The position numbers were made by a program, and so were the translations under genes. A DNA stretch of 50,084 nucleotides from Desulfuromonas sp. (GTDB taxonomy: Bacteria; Desulfobacterota; Desulfuromonadia; Desulfuromonadales; BM103): positions 1 through 50,084 of the forward strand of contig PKTY01000137.1 of the NCBI GenBank assembly GCA_002869725.1, given 5' to 3'. This document shows, piece after piece, positions 40,784-48,574 of this stretch (its first letter is position 1; every line of letters starts with the position of its first letter). Under the pieces are notes generated by a model. It had not been told where the DNA came from and did no database searches. It saw only the letters and a program-made list of their open reading frames with translations.

Positions 40784-41797
40784 CTAAATTATTTCTTCCA
40801 CAAGGGTGGCAGAGATTGCCAGATCCTGCGAATCAGTGCCGTAAAGGGCTTCAAGATGGTCGATGACAGCTTGCAGATCTTTCGCCAGCGGGCTGCAAAA
40901 TGCGAGCTGACGGCCATCGGGATGCGCAAATCCGAGCAACCAGGCATGCAGAAACTGGCGATTGAGCCCCTCGATCAGCCGCCGGGTTTCGTTGTCGCCG
41001 ATGGACTTGGCATGTCTGGGATTGCCATACAGCGGGTCTCCGACCAGCGGCAGGTTCATCTCCGAAAAGTGCACCCTGATCTGGTGGGTGCGGCCGGTCT
41101 CGAGGGTCAGGTCGAGAAGGGTCAGCCGCTCGCGGTCATAACGACGTAGAACCTTCCAGTGGGTGACGGCCTGGCGCCCAGAGCGGCTCTGACTGCTCAT
41201 CTTCTGGCGCTGAACCGGATGTCGACCGATTGGCCGATCGATGGACCCCTCATCGTTTTTCACCTGGCCATGAACCAGTGCGCGGTAGCGCCGCTCAATG
41301 GTGTGTGCCTTGAATTGTCGGGCCAGCAGGTTGTGGGCCTGATCGGTCTTGGTGGCGACCATGACACCGGACGTCCCCTTGTCGAGACGGTGGACGATCC
41401 CCGGTCGCAGTTCGCCGCCGACTCCAGAGAGGTCGGTACAGTGATGAAGCAGAGCATTGACCAGGGTCCCCGAATGATGGCCCGGCGCCGGGTGAACCAC
41501 CATGCCGGCCGGTTTGTCGACCACCACCAGGGCAGAATCCTCGAACAGGATGCGCAGGGGGATGTCCTGAGCCTCGGTACTGACCTCCGCCGGCTGGTCG
41601 AGGGTGACCAGCAACCTCTCATCGCCGCGCAACTTGTGCCCGGCCTTGACCGGCCTTCCGCTCAGAGTCACCGCCCCCTGATCGATCAGCCGCTTGACCT
41701 GTGAACGAGTCAACTCCGGCAGGTTGCCGGCCAAAAACTGGTCGAGGCGTTGGGCGGCATAATCGGGCGTCACGGCGAAGTGCCGCAGCTCGGTCAT
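40784..41797 (-). CDS. rluD: 23S rRNA pseudouridine synthase, RluD family
   Basis: N-terminal S4 domain (QRLDQFLA ... SRSQVKRLIDQGAVTL) and catalytic HRLDKGTSGVM. Confidence 0.9.
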   Translation of the reverse strand: MTELRHFAVTPDYAAQRLDQFLAGNLPELTRSQVKRLIDQGAVTLSGRPVKAGHKLRGDERLLVTLDQPAEVSTEAQDIPLRILFEDSALVVVDKPAGMVVHPAPGHHSGTLVNALLHHCTDLSGVGGELRPGIVHRLDKGTSGVMVATKTDQAHNLLARQFKAHTIERRYRALVHGQVKNDEGSIDRPIGRHPVQRQKMSSQSRSGRQAVTHWKVLRRYDRERLTLLDLTLETGRTHQIRVHFSEMNLPLVGDPLYGNPRHAKSIGDNETRRLIEGLNRQFLHAWLLGFAHPDGRQLAFCSPLAKDLQAVIDHLEALYGTDSQDLAISATLVEEII

Positions 41798-41799
41798 GG

Positions 41800-42069
41800 C
41801 TACCAGATGGAGCTCTCGATTTTGCCGGCCTGTTTGACCATGACATCGACAATGGCACGGTCGTAAAGGTGATCACGGTCCTCGAGGTCGGGGGAGACTC
41901 TGCCGTGGAAATGCTCGCGCCCTTCAGCCAGCTCGTCCTGGAGGATGTCGAACAGCGAGTCGTTTTTGATCCCCTCCTGGACCTTCTCCTGATTGTAGAG
42001 GGCGATATCCGAAACGATCGCCCTCGCCAACCGAAATGCCAGCTTGGGATTGTCTACCAGTTTGGCCAT
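41800..42069 (-). CDS. small acidic hypothetical protein (89 aa)
   Basis: The ORF is tightly packed: its stop is 2 nt from the rluD start and its start is 41 nt downstream of degP. Composition is normal and no family was recognised. Confidence 0.6.
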   Translation of the reverse strand: MAKLVDNPKLAFRLARAIVSDIALYNQEKVQEGIKNDSLFDILQDELAEGREHFHGRVSPDLEDRDHLYDRAIVDVMVKQAGKIESSIW

Positions 42070-42110
42070 GTAGCCTCCGTCCTGTGTTAAAAATGATGCG
42101 GGAACCTCAA

Positions 42111-43526
42111 CTACTCGCTGCCGGGGAGCACCAGATAGCGGTTTTCGTCCCCCCTACCAACCAGCAACAGCAGGTTGGCGTTGTTCGGTAGTCTGCCGCG
42201 CACTCTTTGCAACTGCTCGAGGGTCACAACATCCTGCCGGTTGACAGCCAGAATACGGTCACCAACCTGAACACCGGCCAGATCAGCGATACTCCCCTGA
42301 ACCACGTGCCTAACCTCAATTCCCTGCCCAGTCTCGGCCAGGCTCATCCCCAGCCACTGTTGGCGGTCGATCTCATCGACAGCGTGAGCGACAGCCTGCT
42401 CGGAGCGGGCCGTGAGAATCACATTCAAGGTCAGCCGGCTGCCGTTGCGCTGTATTTCGAGCGGAACCGGTTTACCGACCGGTGAACTGGCCACCAGTAG
42501 CTGCAGTTCGCGGACACCGCGCACCGTCTCGCCGTTGAAGCTGAGCAACACATCCCCCCGTTGCAGACCGGCACGCTGGGCGGGCGTCTCTTTCATGACC
42601 CGGGTGACCAGAGCCCCAGTGGCCCGATCGAGACCGAACGATTCCGCCAGATTGGCATCGAGGGGCTGAATGCTCACCCCCAGCCAGCCGCGGGTGACTT
42701 CTCCCTTATCGATCAACTGGTCGGCAATCAGCTTCGCCAGGTTGACTGGAATGGCGAAGCCAATCCCCTGTCCGCTGGCAGCGATCGCCGTATTGATACC
42801 GACCACTTCGCCGTAGATATTGAGCAGAGGGCCGCCGGAGTTGCCCGGATTAATCGAGGCGTCGGTCTGAATGAAATCCTCGTAATCCTCGATCCCCACA
42901 TTGGCGCGACCGGTGGCCGAGATCACCCCCACGGTCAGAGTGCTGTCCAGGCCAAAGGGGTTGCCGATGGCCAGCGCCCACTGACCGACTTTGATACGGT
43001 TGGAATCGCCGAGCGCCAACACCGGCAAAGAGTCGTCCTCGATTTTAATGACGGCAACGTCGGTTTTTGGGTCGGTGCCGACCACCTCGCCACCAAAGGT
43101 CCGTTGATCCGGCAACCGGACGCTGATCTGCTCGGCACCGCTGACCACATGCTCGTTGGTCAGAATATAACCGTCACTGCTGATGATAAAACCGGATCCG
43201 AGGCTCTGCTCCCGACTCTCCCCTCGTGGCTGGCGGAAAAACTCGCCGAAGAACTCCTCGAACAGGGGGGAGGGCCGTTCTCTTCTGGAAACCCGTTCGG
43301 CACGGATATTGACCACTGCAGGGGTCGCCTTTGCCGAGACCTCGATGAAAGCCTGCTGGGTCGCAAGCAGTTCCGGAGCAGGATTGACCGCCGGCGGAGG
43401 CGCAACCTTGAGGCGGGTGGCACCCGCCTCTGAAGCCGACTGCTCGGAGCGGTCGCAGGAGACCAGCAGCAGGCCGATAGCCAGCCCGGCGACTCCCAGA
43501 CCAATTTTCCTGAACAGCTTGCCCAT
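42111..43526 (-). CDS. degP: Do/DegP/HtrA family periplasmic serine endopeptidase with two PDZ domains
   Basis: Signal/anchor N-terminus. Trypsin-like triad contexts are TNEHVV, DVAVIKI and GNSGGPLLN. Two PDZ-like repeats follow. Confidence 0.93.
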   Translation of the reverse strand: MGKLFRKIGLGVAGLAIGLLLVSCDRSEQSASEAGATRLKVAPPPAVNPAPELLATQQAFIEVSAKATPAVVNIRAERVSRRERPSPLFEEFFGEFFRQPRGESREQSLGSGFIISSDGYILTNEHVVSGAEQISVRLPDQRTFGGEVVGTDPKTDVAVIKIEDDSLPVLALGDSNRIKVGQWALAIGNPFGLDSTLTVGVISATGRANVGIEDYEDFIQTDASINPGNSGGPLLNIYGEVVGINTAIAASGQGIGFAIPVNLAKLIADQLIDKGEVTRGWLGVSIQPLDANLAESFGLDRATGALVTRVMKETPAQRAGLQRGDVLLSFNGETVRGVRELQLLVASSPVGKPVPLEIQRNGSRLTLNVILTARSEQAVAHAVDEIDRQQWLGMSLAETGQGIEVRHVVQGSIADLAGVQVGDRILAVNRQDVVTLEQLQRVRGRLPNNANLLLLVGRGDENRYLVLPGSE

Positions 43527-43554
43527 AGAGACCTTATCCCCTTAACTTTCGCAG

Positions 43555-43582
43555 AGTATCGAAAACCTGGGCATTGTGTCAA
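43555..43582 (-). promoter_or_regulatory. candidate sigma70-type promoter for degP
   Basis: On the minus strand: TTGACA (43582-43577), a 16-nt spacer, then GATACT (43560-43555). It lies ~30 nt upstream of the degP ATG, with AGGGGA Shine-Dalgarno in between. Confidence 0.35.
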
Positions 43583-43888
43583 TCCGCGCCAGCCAGCTTA
43601 TTATTTGGTTTTGTTGATTTAAGGTCATCGTGAGATGATAAGTTTTATCGTGCGCTGTCCGGCCCCGAGCGTGGAGCCTTGAGGCTCGCGCAGCAGGTTC
43701 CGACCCTGACCACTGACACAGCCGCAGCTCCAACAGGGCAAACCCTCAAAAATCAGACATTCACCCTGTGAACTAAAGTCTGTTAAATGGGTTAAAGGGC
43801 AGAATGGCAAATATATCTTAATTCAGGAGGTTCTGGTTATATCAGACTCTCAACGGTTCCGTTCCGAAAATTATCCTCAGGAGTCGCC

Positions 43889-44218
43889 ATGCTGGTTGAA
43901 AAACGTAACGAAGTAACGATTTTCACTCCCGGGCAGCGGGTTGATGCCAACAATTCTGCCGATATCGAAAAAACGATCTTTGAAAACGTCGGGAATGGAG
44001 GCGGAAAGGTCATTATCGACCTGTCGCAAGTGGACTACATGTCCAGTGCCGGGCTCCGGGTTCTGCTGGTGACAGCAAAACATATGACGCAAGGAGGTGG
44101 ACGGTTAGGACTCTGCCATCTCAATGCCCACGTTAAAGAGATCATCGAAGTGACCGGTTTTGTCGGGATCATTCAATGTTACGACTCAGTCGATCAGTGC
44201 CTTGCAAGTTTTCAATGA
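43889..44218 (+). CDS. STAS-domain protein (anti-sigma-factor antagonist, SpoIIAA/RsbV-like)
   Basis: 109 aa. VIIDLSQVDYMSSAGLRVLL with the phosphorylatable Ser position, plus EIIEVTGF. AGGAG Shine-Dalgarno. Confidence 0.85.
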   Translation: MLVEKRNEVTIFTPGQRVDANNSADIEKTIFENVGNGGGKVIIDLSQVDYMSSAGLRVLLVTAKHMTQGGGRLGLCHLNAHVKEIIEVTGFVGIIQCYDSVDQCLASFQ

Positions 44219-44302
44219 ACCTACCGATGGTGAACTGCAGAGAATAATGGAGATGTATTAGAAATATCCGTGCTCCGTTTTATGAAAAATTCAAAATATG
44301 AG

Positions 44303-44330
44303 TTTACTTCTCTTTGCAAGCTGCTATATT
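44303..44330 (+). promoter_or_regulatory. candidate sigma70-type promoter (extended -10) for the first DUF697-like gene
   Basis: TTTACT, a 16-nt spacer, then TGcTATATT, in an A/T-rich spacer about 55 nt upstream of ATG 44385. Confidence 0.3.
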
Positions 44331-44384
44331 TAACGGGTTTCTAGGAAGTTTATTGACACGTCCTACATGAATCAGGAGGAAAAA

Positions 44385-44897
44385 ATGGCCGAGAAGACCG
44401 CTGTGACGGAAGAGGAAAAAGGAGCTGCTGGGACGGAGGAAAAGGAACTTACTCGTTTTGAACAAGCGGGCAAGGTTGTGAAAAATCACCTCTACATGTC
44501 TGCCGGCATGGGAGTCATCCCTATCCCTCTTGTCGATATGGTCGGCTTCATGGCTGTGCAGTACGACATGTCCAAGAAACTGGCCGAAATTTACGAAGTC
44601 GATTTTTCCAAAGAGCGGGTACGCACGATCGTCATCGCTCTGCTCGGTAGCGTTCTGCCGTTGACCCTGACCGGGGCAACCGCCAGTCTGCTCAAGTTCG
44701 TTCCGGTTCTTGGTTCGTTCGCGGGGGCCCTCTCGGTCAGTACCCTGGGTACGGCCTCGACCTATGCTATCGGCCGGGTCCTTATCCAACACTTCGAAAC
44801 AGGCGGCACTCTCCTTGATTTCGATGCCGACAAAATGCGCGAGTTCTTCAAGAGCGAGTTTGAAACTGGCAAGCAGGCGGCAAAAGCTGCCAAGTGA
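44385..44897 (+). CDS. DUF697/UPF0283 (YcjF)-like membrane protein, paralog A
   Basis: AGGAGG-N5-ATG at 44385, internal to listed ORF 44367..44897. The Lys/Glu-rich N-terminus is followed by SAGMGVIPIPLVDMVGFMAVQYDMSKKLAEIYEV and Gly/Ala/Leu-rich hydrophobic segments. It is a paralog of 46964..47581, sharing HFETGGTLLDFD. Confidence 0.6.
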   Translation: MAEKTAVTEEEKGAAGTEEKELTRFEQAGKVVKNHLYMSAGMGVIPIPLVDMVGFMAVQYDMSKKLAEIYEVDFSKERVRTIVIALLGSVLPLTLTGATASLLKFVPVLGSFAGALSVSTLGTASTYAIGRVLIQHFETGGTLLDFDADKMREFFKSEFETGKQAAKAAK

Positions 44898-44905
44898 GTC
44901 CTTGT

Positions 44906-44944
44906 AACCAGGGCCCTCCAGGCGAGGAGGGCTCTGGTTATTTT
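44906..44944 (+). terminator. rho-independent terminator after DUF697-like paralog A
   Basis: AACCAGGGCCCTCC-aggcga-GGAGGGCTCTGGTT (14-bp stem with one G:U pair) followed by ATTTT. Confidence 0.7.
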
Positions 44945-44946
44945 GA

Positions 44947-45138
44947 ATGATAAGTGACAGGTGTTCCATGGGACTGATCATGTCGCCTCACTTTTTTATT
45001 TACCTGTTGATATGCATTGTCATAGCGACATTTGGCTATCGCAAAAAGCTTGGATTCTGGGGCTATCTGTTTGCCTCCTTGTTATTAACCCCTCTTCTGG
45101 GTCTGCTCCTGGTAATTGTTTCCGACCAGAAGTCCTGA
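44947..45138 (+). CDS. small two-helix membrane protein (hypothetical)
   Basis: FFIYLLICIVIATFGYRKKLGFWGYLFASLLLTPLLGLLLVIV forms two hydrophobic helices around a basic loop. The start is uncertain (ATG 44947, 44968 or 44980). Confidence 0.4.
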   Translation: MISDRCSMGLIMSPHFFIYLLICIVIATFGYRKKLGFWGYLFASLLLTPLLGLLLVIVSDQKS

Positions 45139-45145
45139 TCGCGGC

Positions 45146-45832
45146 GTGACTACCCTTTTCTGCCTGCCGTTTGCCGGCGGTAACCTTTCGTCGTTCTTCT
45201 TCCTGAAGCCTTACCTTCCATCGCACCTGCGCCTTGAGGTTCTTGAATACCCCGGCCATGGCCGGCGCATCAAGATCCCGCCCTTGGAAAGCCTGGATGA
45301 AATCACTGAAGATCTTTTCGTTCAGCTGCGCTCGCGGGTGCAGGGTAAATACCTGCTATACGGACACAGCATGGGGGCGTGCATGACGTATCTGCTGGCC
45401 GAGCGGATCTACACCAGCGCAACCACTGGACCGAAACATCTCGTCCTGAGCGGCCATGGTCCGCCCGGGCTTCGGCCAAAACAGCCAAGACACCTTCTGC
45501 CGCGCTCCGATTTTTTGGCCCTGATCGCCAGGGTGCAGGGGACTCCGGCGGAAGTTTTGGCCTGTCAGGAACTTCTTGACTTTATGGAGCCGGTACTGCG
45601 TGCCGATTTCAAGGCGATGGACACCTATCTGCGGCCCGCCCTTCCGCCACTCCCCTACCCGATGGCTGTACTGCATGGCCAGGATGATCCGTTCACGACA
45701 CGCGATGAAGCGCTTTCCTGGCAAAAACTCGCCGGCAACACTTTCACGTTCGAGGAGTTGAGCGGCGGGCATTTCTTCATTCATGACCACCCGACCCGTA
45801 TTGCCCAAGTTTTCGCAGAGATCTCACCCTGA
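45146..45832 (+). CDS. type II thioesterase (NRPS/PKS editing thioesterase)
   Basis: LFCLPFAGGN N-terminus, nucleophile elbow GHSMG and C-terminal GGHFF His motif. GTG 45146 is preferred to TTG 45116, but the start is uncertain. Confidence 0.85.
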   Translation: MTTLFCLPFAGGNLSSFFFLKPYLPSHLRLEVLEYPGHGRRIKIPPLESLDEITEDLFVQLRSRVQGKYLLYGHSMGACMTYLLAERIYTSATTGPKHLVLSGHGPPGLRPKQPRHLLPRSDFLALIARVQGTPAEVLACQELLDFMEPVLRADFKAMDTYLRPALPPLPYPMAVLHGQDDPFTTRDEALSWQKLAGNTFTFEELSGGHFFIHDHPTRIAQVFAEISP

Positions 45833-46139
45833 CAGCTTGTTGGGAAATATCATACTGGTGATGGAAAGAAAAATGTGTCGACTTGACTGCGGGAGGACGG
45901 ACCATGGCTGGCATACAAACGCTTCCCGCTTGAGCCATGCCAAATCAAACTGTTGGAAAGTTCTGCTGGCAAGCTTCGCTGGAGTTGTGTCCGTTCTATG
46001 AGCCGTCTTTTATCTCAGCGGAAAATCGTTCTGGCAATATCGGGGAGTCCCCCCTATAATGCGACCCTGATAGACAGTCGCACTACCTTAATTTCCAACC
46101 TTTTGGAGTTACACCTGACAGTTCCCTGACACTCCATAA

Positions 46140-46168
46140 TTGACAGCCATTTCCAGCAGAGCTGCTAT
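46140..46168 (+). promoter_or_regulatory. candidate sigma70-type promoter for the ParA-like gene
   Basis: TTGACA (46140-46145), a 17-nt spacer, then TGCTAT (46163-46168), ~35 nt upstream of ATG 46204. It shares AGCTGCTAT with the candidate promoter at 44303. Confidence 0.3.
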
Positions 46169-46203
46169 CTTTGCAGCCGACTTGAAGAACATTGGGAAAG
46201 CGG

Positions 46204-47010
46204 ATGCCCCAGATTATCGCCATTGCAAACCACAAGGGTGGAGTTGGCAAAACAGCCACGGCGGTCAATCTCGCCGCTATTTTTGCTGACAAGGGGTATC
46301 GGACGCTGCTGGTCGATCTCGACCCCCAGGGCAACTCATCGGCCTGGCTCAATGCTACCGAAAATGGCGCGGCTCTGGTCGAAGCCCTGGCCAACGAGAC
46401 CTCTCTTGAAGTCGAGCAGACTCCTTTTTCCGGGCTTCAACTTGCCGCTGGCGGCCTTCCTCTGGCTGCAGCTCAAAAGTCTCTGGGTCATGAAGTTGGC
46501 GCGGAGCTGCTTCTTGGCGAGATGCTACAGCGTAGCCAGAAGCAATGGGATCTGGTCTTTCTCGACTGCCCCCCCAGCCTTGGGTTCCTCACCATCAATG
46601 CTCTGGCCGCATCGACTGGGGTTTTACTCCCTCTCGAAGCTCACCCTTTGGGGCTGCGTGGCCTGAGTGATTCCCGCAAAGTAGTCCATGCGGTTCAAAA
46701 ACGCTTAAATCCCGGGACAAGCATCATCGGAGTCGTTCCTTGCCGGGTCCACCCGCGGCGAGCTCTGCACCGCGAGGTGATGCTGGCCCTCGAAGACGCC
46801 TTCCCAGACCAGGTAACCCCATCCATCCGTGAAAATGTCGCTGTTGCCGAGGCGCCTGCCCACGGATTGCCGATCAATCTTTACAGCCCACGCTCGAATG
46901 GCTGCCTCGACTATCGAAAGGTCGCCAATTGGCTGGCCAAAAGGCTTTTCTTAGGAGAATCTCATGTCAACCCGCAAGGTCAGAATGCCCAAAAACCCAC
47001 TGGAAAGTGA
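46204..47010 (+). CDS. ParA/MinD-family P-loop ATPase with no ParB partner in the window
   Basis: Deviant Walker A KGGVGKT (residues 11-17 from ATG 46204), LLVDLDPQGN and VFLDCPPSLG. Length is typical for ParA/Soj. Confidence 0.9.
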   Translation: MPQIIAIANHKGGVGKTATAVNLAAIFADKGYRTLLVDLDPQGNSSAWLNATENGAALVEALANETSLEVEQTPFSGLQLAAGGLPLAAAQKSLGHEVGAELLLGEMLQRSQKQWDLVFLDCPPSLGFLTINALAASTGVLLPLEAHPLGLRGLSDSRKVVHAVQKRLNPGTSIIGVVPCRVHPRRALHREVMLALEDAFPDQVTPSIRENVAVAEAPAHGLPINLYSPRSNGCLDYRKVANWLAKRLFLGESHVNPQGQNAQKPTGK

Positions 47011-47581
47011 CGATATCGAGGCCACAGCAGATGTCGACTCCGTACTTGGCAGTTCGGCATCTGAAACAGCTCAAGCGGTCGAGGTGTCGGCCGATGAGGA
47101 TCCGGCGCAGGAGGAATCTCCCGGCAAACTGGGACCTCAGGGGAAGGCGATGCGGGCTTTGCAGAAGCGCGTCCTGGCAGCATCAGCTGCCGGCCTGATC
47201 CCATCACCTTTTATCGACCTCGCCATGATCGGTTCGATCCAACTCGAATTGATCAGAGCCCTCGCGAAAATCTACCAGGTTCCCTACCGAAAATCTCTTG
47301 GCAAGTCGCTGCTGGCCGGCCTGACCGGCGGGGTCGTTCCGGTTTTTGGCGCGCCCACCGTTGGCTCGCTGCTCAAACTCGTTCCCGTTGTCGGCATGTC
47401 TGCTGCGGCACTCTCAGTTTCGGCGCTGGGGGCAGCAACCACCTACGCGGTAGGCCGAACCTTTATCATGCATTTTGAAACCGGTGGAACTCTGCTCGAC
47501 TTCGATGTCAGAACGATGCGGGCCCATTTCCGCCGAGAGTTCGCCAATGCTTCCGAAACCTCTCAGGACGTTGCAGGCTAG
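46964..47581 (+). CDS. DUF697/UPF0283 (YcjF)-like membrane protein, paralog B, with a basic N-terminal peptide and an acidic linker
   Basis: AGGAG-N6-ATG at 46964, 47 nt inside the ParA 3' end. The N-terminus is MSTRKVRMPKNPL, followed by an acidic low-complexity stretch. Then come AAGLIPSPFIDLAMIGSIQLELIRALAKIYQV and hydrophobic Gly/Ala-rich segments. Confidence 0.6.
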   Translation: MSTRKVRMPKNPLESDDIEATADVDSVLGSSASETAQAVEVSADEDPAQEESPGKLGPQGKAMRALQKRVLAASAAGLIPSPFIDLAMIGSIQLELIRALAKIYQVPYRKSLGKSLLAGLTGGVVPVFGAPTVGSLLKLVPVVGMSAAALSVSALGAATTYAVGRTFIMHFETGGTLLDFDVRTMRAHFRREFANASETSQDVAG

Positions 47582-47676
47582 CGGAACACAGAATTGATCG
47601 GACAACGACCGAAACTTACTGTAAAGGCCTGTCTTAAACAGGCCCAAAATGCTAAATCTTTAAGGAAAGAGGTCTT

Positions 47677-48564
47677 ATGAAAACAACGTTGCGCGGACTG
47701 GCGATTGCACTTCTCATCCCCCTGTTCCTCGCTGTCCAAGTGCATGCGGAAACAGCCTCGGTGACGCCGGAGACTCCGGCCAACTGGTGGCAGAAAAGCT
47801 CACTCGATCCGACAGCAGAATATTCAGGCTGGCTAAAAAGGCTCAACCTGTCCCTGACTTACAACCACCTGACGGGAAATACCGAAGGGTACGCGCTGGG
47901 GGGCAGCGCCGGTCTGACTTTGCGCAAAGGGCGCACGACCGGCACCCTCTCCTATGACATCAACAAAAAGGACATCACTCAGGGTGAAGAGGATACCGTC
48001 AAAAGCGAAAAATGGACAACGGTTTTGGCCGGCCAATACGACTTCTGCCGTTCTGGTTATGGAAGCGCAGCGTATATCTGGGAACAGGACAGTAACAACA
48101 ACATCGAGATGCGCGAAATCACCGTGGCAGGGATCGGCAGTTACCTGGTCAGTTCCGAACGACTCAACCTGAACCTTTTTTTGGGCGCCGGCCAGACCGA
48201 CGAAGACTACGACCATATCGTGAAACGCTATACCGCCATCGACAACCGGACTTACAACATGCTCTATCTCTACCAGACCTTGGAATGGCAGATTACCGAG
48301 TGGCTGACCTTGAGCCAGGGGGTCCGGCTGATTCACTCCTTCTCGGAAATGAATGAGTTCTCTATGGAGGATGAAACCTCCGCAGTCAGCGTCACCGGAC
48401 AGAGCCGCCGCGACCTCTTGATGGTCAAAGTGGAACTACAGGTGCCGATCCGCCAGTACTTCAGCATTTTCAGCTCCTGGAATCTCAATTACGACTCCCA
48501 CCCCTGGCCCGGCAATGACAGCACGGATACTCTGACTACCGTTGGCCTGCGTTTCTCCCACTGA
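47677..48564 (+). CDS. outer-membrane beta-barrel protein, DUF481 (YdiY)-like
   Basis: Signal peptide with VHA/ET cleavage context. The alternating beta-strand pattern includes an early TGNTE motif (LTYNHLTGNTEGY) as in DUF481. AAGGAAAGAGG Shine-Dalgarno. Confidence 0.6.
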   Translation: MKTTLRGLAIALLIPLFLAVQVHAETASVTPETPANWWQKSSLDPTAEYSGWLKRLNLSLTYNHLTGNTEGYALGGSAGLTLRKGRTTGTLSYDINKKDITQGEEDTVKSEKWTTVLAGQYDFCRSGYGSAAYIWEQDSNNNIEMREITVAGIGSYLVSSERLNLNLFLGAGQTDEDYDHIVKRYTAIDNRTYNMLYLYQTLEWQITEWLTLSQGVRLIHSFSEMNEFSMEDETSAVSVTGQSRRDLLMVKVELQVPIRQYFSIFSSWNLNYDSHPWPGNDSTDTLTTVGLRFSH

Positions 48565-48574
48565 ACCAGCAAAC

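Noticed and set aside
40154-41149. 331-aa plus-strand ORF
   Set aside because: It is antisense to pgeF and rluD, both of which carry clear family motifs on the minus strand.
42561-43433. 290-aa plus-strand ORF
   Set aside because: It is antisense to degP, so it is a shadow ORF.
43725-43800. ACAGGGCAAACC (43733-43744) resembling the 5' core of a GEMM-I c-di-GMP/cGAMP riboswitch
   Set aside because: The rest of the motif is missing. There is no GNRA-capped P1 helix after GGCAAACC and no ACGCAAAGC segment or P2 helix. GGG-CAAA-CCC more simply forms a tiny hairpin. Only a covariance-model scan could overturn this.
45909-45925. Sigma54-like TGGCAT-N-GCTT upstream of the ParA region
   Set aside because: The GG-to-GC spacing is 9 nt rather than the required 10, and the -12 element is not TTGC.
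47626-47644. GGCCTGT-cttaa-ACAGGCC hairpin after DUF697-like paralog B as a terminator
   Set aside because: The stem is 7 bp with no downstream U-tract (CAAAATG follows). It may be a stability element, but a terminator call is not supported.
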